Assembly (NCBI GenBank): GCA_951406725.2 | Contig: OX597819.1 | Coordinates: forward strand, 40,610,001-40,674,000 | Direction of reading: 5' to 3' | DNA: 64,000 nt | Origin: Octopus vulgaris | Lineage: Eukaryota | Part shown: positions 25,270 through 36,253 of the stretch, one piece after another | Position numbering within the stretch: the first letter of the stretch is position 1 | How the letters are laid out: every line of letters starts with the position of its first letter | Made by a program: the position numbers and the translations under genes | The notes under the pieces: generated by a model | Databases searched by the model: none | What the model was told of the DNA's origin: nothing | What the model saw: the letters and a program-made list of their open reading frames with translations, nothing else

Positions 25270-27283
25270 CAAGGCAATTAGAAGCATGAAGACAGGGAAA
25301 GCCCCAGGCCCATCAGGAAATACTAGAGATGCTCAAAATATCTGGCAGTGTCAGCTATAGCCTAGTCACCCATATAGTTAACCAGGTGATACATGAAGGA
25401 GTCATACACAATGACTAGTGTAGCAGCATAATAGTCAACGGCTACAAAGGTAAAGGTGACGCCTGAGATACAAATAATTACAGAGGTATCAAGCTGTTGG
25501 ATCAGGTAATGAAGGTTATGGAGAGGGTCATAGCCCAACTGATTAGGGACAGAGTCAACTTGGACGAGATGCAGTTTGGGTTCGTGTCAGGGAAAAGCAC
25601 CACTGATGCCATATTTCTGGTGAGACAGCTGAAGGAGAAATACCTAGCCAAAGATAAGCCCCTGTACCTGGCTTTCGTTGACATGGAGAAAGCCTTCGAC
25701 AGGGCTCCCCGATCCCTTATCTGGTGGTCAATGAGGAAACTAGGGATAGATGAATGGTTAGTGAGAGCTGTGCAAGCCATGTACAGGGACGCTGTAAGTA
25801 AGGTAAGGGTTGGCAACGCGTACACTGAAGAATTCAAAGTAGAGGTTGGGGTCCACCAGGGTTCAGTCCTCAGCCCCCTCCTATTTATCATTGTCCTCCA
25901 GGCAATTACGGAGGAATTCAAGACAGGATGCCCCTGGGAGCTCCTCTATGCTGACAACCTTGCTCTAATTGCTGAGTTACTATCAGAACTGGAGGAGAAG
26001 TTTCAGGTGTGGAAGCAAGGATTAGAATTGAAGGGCCTTAGAGTCAACCTAGCTAAAACAAAAGTCCTAATAAGTAGGAAGGTAGACAAACCACAAACGC
26101 CTTCAGGTAGATGGCCCTGCTCGATCTGTAGAAAAGGTGTAGGTAGAAACTCTATAAGATGTACTCAGTGTAAGCTATGGACACATAAAAGGTGCAGCAA
26201 TGTCAAAGGAAGGCTAACTGGGAAGATAGGTTTTGTATGTGGCAGATGCTCAGGAGCAATAAACAATGAAAATCTGCAGGAAACAACTTCCGTCACTTTC
26301 CAGGGGTAAAAACTAGAAGTAGTTGATAGCTTCCGTTACCTAGGTGACCAAGTCAGTAGCGGGGGTGGGTGTGCTGAAAGTGTAACTGATTAAGAATAGC
26401 CTGGGCAAAGTTCAGAGAGCTCTTACCTCTGCTAATGACTAAAGGCCTCTTGCTCAGAGTAAAAGGCAGACTGTATGACTCATGTGTACAAACAGCATGG
26501 CAGTGAAACATGGGCCGTGACTGCTGAGGACATGTGTAAGCTCATGGGGAATGAAGCCAGTATGATCCGATGGATGTGTAATGTCAGTGTACATACTCGA
26601 CAGAGTGTAAGTACCTTGAGAGAAAAGTTGGACCTAAGAAGCACGACCTTCGAATTTTAGGCCTCACCAAGGCAATGACTAGTGACCGAGACCTTTAGAA
26701 ATATGCTGTGCGTGAGAAGACCCGGCAGGACAAGTGAGTCCATCCCGTGTCCCTTGCCAGGGATGTAGCCAGCCCACTTATGTGTGCCTTTCCTTCCTTG
26801 GACACGCGAAGACCTGTTGAGGCAAGTGAAGTCGAAATTGAACCAATCCTATGACTGGCATCTGGCAGTTGCCAGTGCCGCTGGACTGACTCCTGTGCTT
26901 GAGGAGATCTATTGAGTCAAGTACACCAACATCAAAAATCAATGGAAACTGTAGTTGTGATCCCTGGGCCAGTGGCACGTAAAAAGCACCATCCGAACGT
27001 GGTTGATGCCAGCGCCGCCTTGACTGGCTTCCGTGCTAGTAAAAAGCACCAATCCGATCGTGGCCGTTGCCAGCCTCGCCTGGCACCTGTGCCGGTTGCA
27101 TGTAAAAAGCACCCACTACACTCACGGAGTGGTTGGCATTAGGAAGGGCATCCAGCTGTAGAAACACTGCCAGATCAGACTGGAGCCTGGTGCAGCCTTC
27201 TGGCTTCCCAGATCCCCGGTCGAACTGTCCAACCCATGCTAGCATGGAGAACGGACGTTCAAAGATGATGATGATGATGATGA
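25270..27283 (+). mobile_element. 5'-truncated RTE-like LINE with a 270-aa RT ORF remnant and complete 3'UTR
   Basis: KAPGP, NYRGIKL, QFGF, DMEKAFD and GVHQGSVLSPLLF motifs. Catalytic YADD reads YADN. PHD-like Cys/His insert; (GAT)n tail at 27263-27283. Confidence 0.95.
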
Positions 27284-27550
27284 CACAATTGTGTCACAAG
27301 AACACACACCTTCACTCACATATGCATACACATACAAAAAAGGTGCATGCATATGTATTTATGTATGTACATGTATATGAAAGATAATGGGTGTATGTGT
27401 TTGTGTGCTGATAAAAAGAAAAACCGCGCGCGCGCACACGTACACACACTATTCTTCATATACACGTACATACATCTTTCACTTTCCTCTCTCACTTCAA
27501 AGCAAATGTTTCCTTCCACAAAACCAAAACAAACACTCGGCTGTTTCCGT

Positions 27551-27697
27551 GACAATTCGACAATTCACATCGGATATCTTCGTGATAGAACAGGCACACA
27601 CATAGACAAGAACAAGATCGCGCGCGCACACACACAGAGTTCACAGTAGCTGTTACAGAGGTCACGAAGATATCCGAAAAGAAGTGTAGAATTGTCA
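27551..27697. repeat. Inverted repeat upstream of GGACT (perfect 16-bp core tcggatatcttcgtga / tcacgaagatatccga)
   Basis: Arms at 27570-27585 and 27662-27677, with outer gacaattc/gaattgtc extensions. Confidence 0.85.
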
Positions 27698-27770
27698 AAG
27701 TTTTGTCGAGTTATATCGAAGGATTGCTCTAATTTGTTTACTATCCTTTATTGTATGTTTACTTCTGATC

Positions 27771-27965
27771 ATGACGGTTCAACTGGAACGTGTCTTCGTC
27801 TATGGTACACTCAAACGTGGTCAACCCAATCATTTTGTGTTGGAAAATGTAACACACGGTTTGGCTAAATTTATAGGCGATGCAACTACTGCCCTTCGAT
27901 ACCCGTTGGTCGTTGCTTCTCAATATAACATCCCTTTTCTGTTACCATTTGAAGGGAAAGGAAAC
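27771..27965 (+). CDS. GGACT: Gamma-glutamylaminecyclotransferase-like (AIG2/GGCT-like fold), coding exon 1 (65 aa)
   Basis: VFVYGTLKRGQPNH...YPLVVA--YNIPFLL is the family signature; canonical donor AAC|gtaagt, phase 0. Confidence 0.95.
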
Positions 27966-28333
27966 GTAAGTGTTAATACACCAAATTTATTTTATTGTAT
28001 TTTTTAACGATCCAGGATCTTTAGTTACCTAGAAATTATGTTAAAAACTGCCGTTCAAACCGAAAAAATCCACGATCCCATTCAAGATTAAATTAATGTA
28101 ATTTCAGTTTTGAAAAACGAGACATTAAACAATGTACGAATGCCGAGGAATTTTACATAGTTTCGATATATATATATATATGTCAGTCATGTTTACGTTG
28201 TTGTTTAGCCCTAGGTCTATCTCGATATGTGATCAAAGATGCTCCAGCCGTAACAAGACTAATAATCTAATGCAGTAATCTTCCAACTTTTTCTTGTCGG
28301 TTAACTCCTCGGCAAGTTCGTAATTGTTTTTAA

Positions 28334-28736
28334 GGCGGCGAGCTGGCAGAAACGTTAGCACGCCGGGCGAAATGCGTAGCAGTATTTCGTCTGCCGTTAC
28401 GCCCCGAGTTAAAATTCCGCCGAGGTCGACTTAACCTTTCATCCTTTCGGAGTCGATAAATTAAGTACCAGTTACGCACTGGGGTCGATGTAATCAACTT
28501 AATCCGTTTGTCTGTCCTTGTTTGTCCTCTCTGTGTTTAGCCCCTTGTGGGTAGTAAAGAAATAAGTATTTCGTCTGCTGTTACATTCTGAGTTCAAATT
28601 TCGCCGAAGTCGACTTTGCCTTTCATCCTTTCGGAGTCGATAAATTAAGTACCAGTTACGCACTGCGGTCGATGTAATCGACTTAATCCATTTGTCTGTC
28701 CTTGTTTAGCCCCTTGTGGGCAATAAAGAAATAAGT
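28334..28736 (+). mobile_element. SINE of a second family with a tandemly repeated 3' half
   Basis: ggcggcgagctggcagaaacgttagc head; the gcctttcatcctttcggagtcgataaattaagtacc core occurs twice. CpG retention suggests a young copy. Degenerate relatives lie near 17.9-18.1, 32.2-33.3, 36.6, 54.9 and 59.9-60.1 kb. Confidence 0.82.
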
Positions 28737-29549
28737 TAACTCCTCGGTTTGCCATTTATCCCTTATTTCTAATAAACAAAAAATTTAACAGTTACAGGAA
28801 ATAAAAATACGCTTAACAACTTTGAGAAATTTAGATTTAACATTTTATTCTTTGTTTTATTTATATTTTATTCTTTGCCTTGTAAATTTTGACGAACCAG
28901 GGAGTAAATTTACCATAGTTATAAATGGTTGATCGACCGAAGTACTGTAACGAAGTTCGCCGAATTGGTGACTTTTTCTGGATTATAACTTACCGAGTAA
29001 ATAAATTCAGAAAATCACACGAATGACAGATGCCATCTATATTATATTTCAATAATATACATGACATTTTTCATTTGATTTTTTTTATTATTATTATTTT
29101 ATGAATGAAAACGTGTAAAGTTTAAATAAATGATGTCAACACTCCAGCTTGTCATCAGCTTCTTTTTTTTTATACTGTGACTGAATAGCAGTCAGGAACA
29201 ATTACCATAATGGCCCCATGTGAACCCGTCTTTTGGTTATAACTCCTGCCAAATTCAGAAATGAACTTGGAAGTGGAGGGATAATAGTTCCCAACGTGCC
29301 TCGCCAACCTGTTGCCATTAAGTTTGCCAAACAAGCAGTGATATCCATTGGTGGTTCTCACAAGGCAAACAGTTCATTTCAGTAAAATATAAATTATAAA
29401 ATATTGAAACAATAATGTACTTACGAATTGACAATACATGACTCGTATATGGTAACAATTTAGATGTATATATAGCGTTACACGTGCTTGATAATTATTG
29501 AAAAGTTTATAAATTTTGCTTCGTTTTGAAACTTGTTACTTTATATACA

Positions 29550-30065
29550 CCGTAAATCCTCGAGTATAGTCCGCCCTTGAGTATAATACGCAGGGGATTT
29601 TTAGGGGGCTGTACCTCTGAAAAACCTAAACCTTGTGTATAATACGCACGCACCCCTTCTCTAACTTGAGTCAAGGAGGTCTATATATAACGTCCTTGGT
29701 TTGTAAAAATGTATACGATAACGTCCTTTATTATTATTGTATATATAACATAATGCAAACCTGTAGCTTTTTTGTGCATTTTGTTTGCAGAAAATAAAGA
29801 AATAACAGTAATAATGTTTAATAAATGTTGCTTACTGCAAGTTATAGATGATTCTTTTATGACTTCATTGCTTTCAGGCTTAGCTTAAGGTATTTTCGCG
29901 CCCAACATCACAAAATTTGTGTCTGAATAAACATTGCCGGACAGCAAATAGAGACTTGAACATTGCTTAGAAAATAATTTTTTTAACCTCGTGTATAATA
30001 CGCACTAGAGATTTTGACCTTTAAATTTTGGGGAAAAAATGCGGATTATACTTGAGGATTTACGG
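29550..30065. mobile_element. Tc2/pogo-like MITE
   Basis: TIRs ccgtaaatcctcgagtatagtccgc / gcggattatacttgaggatttacgg followed by TA. Confidence 0.85.
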
Positions 30066-30772
30066 TATATATTTCTTGGAACAGTGAATCTCGAAACACA
30101 AAATAATCTGAACATAAAATTGATTTTAATTTTCTTGGCGAAACGGTTAGGGTTAGGCCGAAAACAGGTGGTATTCTATACCTCCGCCCCTAAAAAGTTT
30201 TAGATTTTTAAGAACTCAGTGTGTGTAGGGAAATTACGTGGTACCAGCCCAATACAAGGGTCCTGAAATATTGACTTAACGATTCCTCTGTGAATTCTTG
30301 ATTGTTTTTAATCTATTTTTTTTTTAAATAAAATTTATTATATTTGTTCATTTTATTGTGATATATGATAGAAATAATGGCTCTCTTTCGTTTTGACTCG
30401 ATTCCGTGATCACGTGTTGTCTTGTTAACTGTCAGTTGACAAGAGAATGGGAAGAGAAAGCTAATGGGTTGTGAAAACCATTTTGGTCCGAAAAACGGGG
30501 TGAGGTGGAAGCCTCGGAAATTTCACCCCCACCCCCATTGATCTTTTCACCAGCACAATTTTCTTTAAGGAAAAAAACAAAAACAAGCGGATTTTTTTTT
30601 TTCGCAGAAAACAAGGGTAAATTTTCAGAGTAACACCCCACGAAAAGTACAGAATTCAGTGTGTACATTTTTTTGAGTCAAAACGAATTGGTTAATGCTG
30701 TACAGCCACCTGGAGGTTTTGAGTTCAATCCCAAGCAAGAGATTAAAATAATTCACAAAAAAAATCGACTGA

Positions 30773-31172
30773 AGGAGTGGCTGTGTGGTAAGTAGTTTGT
30801 TTACCAACCACATGGTTCCGGGTTCAGTCCCACTGCGTGGCACCTTGGGCAAGTGTCTTCTACTATAGCCTTGGGCCGACCAAAGCCTTGTGAGTGGATT
30901 TGGTAGACGGAAACTGAAAGAAGCCCGTTGTATATATGTATATATATATATGCGTGAGTGTGCTTGTGTGTCTGTGTTTGTCCCCCTAGCATTGCTTGAC
31001 AACCGATGCTGGTGTGTTTTTGTCCCCGTTACTTAGCGGTTCAGCAAAAGAGACCGATAGAATAAGTACTGGGCTTACAAAAGAATAAGTCCCGGGGTTG
31101 AGTTTCTCGATTAAAGGCGGTGCTCCAGCATGGTCGCAGTCAAATGACTGAAACAAGTAAAAGAGTAAAGAG
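30773..31172 (+). mobile_element. Near full-length tRNA-derived SINE
   Basis: ggagtggctgtgtggtaag...ggttcagtccc...aaacaagtaaaagagtaaagag. Confidence 0.92.
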
Positions 31173-31794
31173 AGTGAAGAAAAAAAAAGGAAGTCAGAAA
31201 ACACAGAGAGTGTAATGAAAATAGTGGACCTCTGCAGATCAAATAAAGGGATGGGTTCAAAATTCTGATAAAACAACTGAGTTCAACACAAGACACCTGA
31301 AGAAGGCTGGAGGATACAACAGTGAAATCAACAGGAAAGATGAAGACATCAATCCGACTAATATAAACAGTATACATAAATAGTGTTATCATCTGAAGAA
31401 TAGCTCAAACTATATCTAGAAGTGTTGATTACAAATAGGATTTTATCAGTACAAAGATTAACAATGCAACACTTTGCTTAACTTACTAAGATTTACTTCA
31501 TAAAAATTTTTTTATAAATACTTTTCTTGATAAAAGAATCAAAATATCAGAAGTAGTTTAGCCATTCAAATCAAGAGAACTACTATAGTTTATAGCTTGT
31601 CAAACCAAGTTAAAAAGAATAAGTTATCAGCCTTTTAGTTTTGACAGTTTGTGCTTAAATTTTGGCCTTTAATTAATGTCTATCAGAAGCAAATAATATA
31701 TGTTCTAAATGACATCTATCTTCCTTAATGTCAAGATAAAACATTTGGAGTGAAACCAAACAAGAGGATATCGTTATATATAAAATTGAAGTTG

Positions 31795-32053
31795 GATTTA
31801 GATTCCTAACTACTCCCACATTTTTCGGTGCAGTTTAACCAAAAGCAGGTATCTTATGGTCATCATTCATATCGAGCCCTTCTGGGTATTAGCGCACGTC
31901 TATGATGAGTCTACAATTTAAAAAAAATTTACCATCATTATTCCGCATTTTTAATGATATTTTTCTCGGGTTATATAAGGGAAGTAACTCTCTAAAAATG
32001 CTTATATAGTTATTTCCCTTACAAACCCGAGCAACGCCGGGCGATACTGCTAG
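31795..32053 (+). mobile_element. 5'-truncated Helitron (same family as 3119-3497)
   Basis: Ends cccgagcaacgccggg-cgatactgCTAG|T. Confidence 0.8.
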
Positions 32054-33378
32054 TTGGAAACAAGTCTTTGGAGAGAAGGGAGAATAAATGTTAAAACAAA
32101 AAGTGGAAAGGTGCGCATTTTCTCAAACTTGAACTTGCAAACAGAAATGTTAACAAGATGAAAATTTATAATTCATAATCCTTTCTACGATAGACACAAG
32201 GCCTGAATTTTGGGGATGGCCTAGTACATTACCTTGACTTCAATGCTCAACCTATTGTTATTTTATCAATCCTGAAAGAATGTAAGGAAAGTTAACTCTG
32301 GCAGACTTTGAACTTAGGATGTAATGCCATAAGAGATGCTACTAAGTATTTTCAGCCTGCTAACATTCTGCCAGTTTGCCATCTTTAACAGCTTCAAATT
32401 TTGGTTCAAGACCAGCAGTATTAGAGGAGGAGAGTAAGTCGATTACATCAGCTCTAGTAGATGGCCAGTACTTTATTTTATAGACACCGTGTAGATGAAA
32501 GGCATAGTTGATCTTGGTGGTATTCGAATTCAGAACATGAGAGGGTTGGAAAATTACTGCCAAGCATTTTTGCTGATGTGCCAATGTTTCTGGTACACTC
32601 CTCTTGGAATTTATAATTCTTAATAAAAGGCAGAAATGCATAGGTTTTAGGGTCCAGTTTGAAAATCTCTGCAGGGTGGTTACAATGATCGCTCTGTCCA
32701 CTACAAGTGGCAAGTACAAACTTGTAGCATGTCTACGTCATTAAGAATTTCACTTTGCAACCATAGGGTTCTGATTTCAATCCTGCTGAGCATCACTTTG
32801 ATAAAGTGTCTTCTATTGTAGTCTTATGTCATTTTAATTTTATATCAAATCATTTCATTATGTCTCTCTAAGCAGTGGGTGGTGAGCTGCCAGGATTGTT
32901 AGCAAGCTAGACAAAATTCTTAGCAGCATTTTTCTGGCTTTCTATTCTGAGTTCAAATTTTGCTGAAGTTGACTTTACCATTCATCTTTTCCAAGTCAAT
33001 AGATTAAGTACCACTTGAACACTGGGGTCAATGTAATCAACTCTCCTCTCCCTACAAAATTCAACACCTTGTGCCTGTTGTAGAAAAGTTTATTTCTCTA
33101 AGCAAGCAAAGACTTGCAGAATTGAAAATGTGTTAGATAAAATGTTTTGCAGTATTCAGTTAACACTTCTTATGATTTGAGTTCAAATACTGTTGCCTTT
33201 CATCCTTGGAGGATCAATAAAGTACCAGTCAAGTACTGAGGTTGATGCAATCAATTAACCCCTTCCTGAAATTTCTTGCCTTGCACCCATGCTAGAAACA
33301 GCTGTTTCTCTAATCATCCAAATAATAAGGAATTTTGGAATCTAGGATTGTAGTTTGTGAAACAAGACAACATTGTGA

Positions 33379-34465
33379 AAGAATAAAAGTAGTATTTGCA
33401 TAATTGACAATGTTTGTGACAGGAGTCATGCCAAAAGTACTTATGCTGTGATTTTGTGTTTTGCTTGTATACATATATGCATATTGGTACAATGAAAATT
33501 GAAGTGTCCATCAATGTATTTCCTGAACACTGATATACAGTAGTTTACAGATGCACATGTGTATGCACATACACATGTCTGACTTCAGAACAAAGCTTCC
33601 ACTCTCCAAATTGCACTGTGTTAGTCAACATATGTTTTATGAATGGTATTTGGTTTAGTGATAATTTACTGAATCTTGTTCTCTGTGTGTTTGTCTAAAA
33701 ATTGCTGTATCCTGGAACTTATGGAAAATTTACCTGAGTGATTGTAGTTAAGCACAATATATATAAATGCCTTAAATTTGGGATAAAATTAAGTAATGTA
33801 TATCAAAATAAATGTTTCGAGAATTGCTTTTCCTTAGTAGTATTACAACTTTTATATGTTTTGCAGTTTATTTCTGGTGAAGTCTATGATGTAGATGAGA
33901 AGATGCTCAAACGACTAGATGAACTTGAAAGTCATCCAGATACTTACAAACGTGAAAAGATATCAGTTATTTCCAACAACAATAGTTTTATGTCCTGGTG
34001 CTATATTCTTCAGAGGCCTCAGCCTAAACTTCTAAACCTAAAATTACTTGATAATTACAACAACAATACCCGTGCTGAAGAGGATAAATATATGAGGCGT
34101 ACTAAAGATGATTCTCCTTATTCAATAGAAGTGATGGAAAGTTAACTTCTAACTCTAATGTTATGTTAACTCTTACATACGTATAAGAGTTACCATACAT
34201 TTATATCAAATTATGTTTTAATTTTATTTTATGAGAATTAAAGATAAATCAAATATATTTTACCACTTTTGTTGACGTCTCAACTACATATAATTTTATT
34301 TTTTAATGGCTTAGTCTAAGGGGAAAGACTAGGGTTTTTAACTTTTTATGGAACTGTAAGACTAGTTGGAGAAAGGGAGAAGTTATTTTCGAACCATAGA
34401 TTTGTTCAGAATGTTTGCAATAGAGTGAACTTGGCTGAAGACATGTAAGGACCAGGTGGTAGTAT
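33379..34465 (+). repeat. Local duplication, copy A (intron end, exon 2a and 3' flank)
   Basis: Aligns to 39537-40582 from gaataaaagtagtatttgcataatt to gtaaggaccaggtggt. Confidence 0.93.
33867..34145 (+). CDS. GGACT: GGACT-like terminal exon 2a (92 aa plus stop; spliced protein 157 aa)
   Basis: Acceptor tgttttgcag|TTT, phase 0, joins ...GKGN|FISGEVYDVDEKMLKRLDELE (family G-VY-VD--ML--LD-FE motif with catalytic Glu). ATTAAA at 34237. Confidence 0.93.
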   Translation, partial: FISGEVYDVDEKMLKRLDELESHPDTYKREKISVISNNNSFMSWCYILQRPQPKLLNLKLLDNYNNNTRAEEDKYMRRTKDDSPYSIEVMES

Positions 34466-34729
34466 TAAACTGGGTGACTGATTAAATCTGCCACCCAACA
34501 AGAACAGTCCCCCTAGTAGGTTTCTTAGCTACTCATATTTTGAAAGAGAAGGTGGTGATGATCTGGGTGGAGCTGGGGAAAAAATACAAATGTTGAGGAT
34601 AATGTGTCTGGGTGGCCCTTCAGGTATGAAGTGAATGGAGACAAGAAATGTGTAGGTGGATAGACATTGTAAGAGTGTATGGGAAAGTGAGGGATGGGGA
34701 ATGAGTTAAGTGGCATGACTATAATAACT

Positions 34730-35040
34730 GGCTCACCATCAGTTATGATGATAAGGGCCCAGTTGATTCAATCAGTGAAATAGCTTGCTCGTGAAATTAA
34801 CATGCAAGTGACTAAACACTCCACAAACATGTTTATCCTTAATGTAGTTCTCATGGAGATTCAGTGTGACACACAAAGGCTGACCCTTTGAATTACAGAT
34901 GCAACTCATTTTTGCTGATTGAGAGGTCTACAGCAACATGAAGTAATGTGTCTTGATCAAAAACACAACATGCCACCAGGAATTGAACTCACAACTTTAT
35001 TATTATAAGCTGAATAACCTAACCACAACACTACGCTTCT
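34730..35040 (-). mobile_element. Third SINE family, uninterrupted copy
   Basis: gctcgtgaaattaac...aatgtgtcttgatcaaaaacacaac...ggaattgaactcacaac matches the split copy at 53497-54090. Confidence 0.7.
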
Positions 35041-35821
35041 TCACCAGTTGACTTCTGCAGGATTGGAACTCAGAACATAACAAGATGGAATAAATCACTC
35101 TAAGTTTTGTGTCCAGTGTGCTGACGATTCTGCCAAGGATGAATATAACACTGTGTAACATGATTTTTGTCCTTGGGTAGCAACTGTTATTTCCTATTTG
35201 CCTATTCCTAGAAAGTATGAAAAATGGCTAATATTTCCTTCAAACTTTGCATTTGTTACGTTTATTCAAATCCCAAAGAATCCTTCTCAATACATGGCTA
35301 TAATGCTCTCTCACTACTCTTGCTCATGATCAGAGATGTATATATTGTCAGCCACTAAAGGACATACTCAAGTGGTTAAGGTGAAGCAAGTCTGTGATAT
35401 TAAATAGAATATTTGCTACAATGATATTTCTGCTTCAGCAACTCAGTGCTGAATCTCTCTGAAATGTAATGGAAAATAGGTTAGTTTCAAAACATTGATG
35501 TCCTGGTTACATAAGCAAAGTTTGAAGGGAATAATAGTAATTCTAGATAGAAGTAAATAGGAAATAGCACTTACTGATAAGCCAAAAAGATTTTAAAAAA
35601 TTTAAATTTTGTTACACAGTGTAAAGAATGATGAACAGGTGTTGAGGAATAGATGAATGAATAGCAACAGAATAATAATTATGAGACAGTAGACAGGGAA
35701 AGGGTGACAAAGAGAAATGACATATGGTGGGGTCAGTTGCCAGAGTGTGTGGGGAACAGAGATAGGTATAGCACATGGGGAGAGTGAAAAACATGGTGAT
35801 AGAAAAGGTGGGTTGGGAAGA

Positions 35822-36253
35822 ACATCATCATCATCATTTAGTGTCCGCTTTCCATGCTAGCATGGGTTGGACAGTTCAACTGGGGTCTGGGAAGCCAGAA
35901 GGCTGCACCAGGCCCAGTCTGATCTGGCAATGTTTCTACGGCTGGATGCCCTTCCTAATGCCAACCACTCCGTGAGTGTAGTGGGTGCTTTTTATGTGCC
36001 ACCGGCACAGGTGCCAGACGGGGCTGGCAAACGGCCACAATCGGATGGTGCTTTTTACGTGCCACCGGCATGGAGGCCTGTCGGGGCGGCGCTGGCAACG
36101 GCCACGTTCGGATGGTTTGCTTATGTGCCACCGGCACTGGTATCACAGCAACAATTTCCATTGATGTTGAACGATTTCGATTTTGATTCTGATTTCCACT
36201 TGCCTCAACAGGTCTTCACAAGTAGAGTTTTGTGTCCCAAGGAGGAAAGGTAT
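35822..36253 (-). mobile_element. RTE-family 3'UTR copy
   Basis: Family body through cacttgcctcaacaggtcttc. Confidence 0.88.

Noticed and set aside
25497-26309. Active or domesticated reverse transcriptase
   Set aside because: 5'-truncated with no endonuclease, YADD mutated to YADN, and stops and frameshifts on both sides.
30773-30845. tRNA gene (A and B boxes present)
   Set aside because: It is the tRNA-derived head of a SINE with many copies here; no convincing cloverleaf.
33738-33866. N-terminal extensions of ORFs 33738-34145 and 39973-40266 as standalone genes
   Set aside because: The extensions are intronic, use non-ATG starts and are not conserved between the copies; GGACT homology begins exactly at the AG acceptors.
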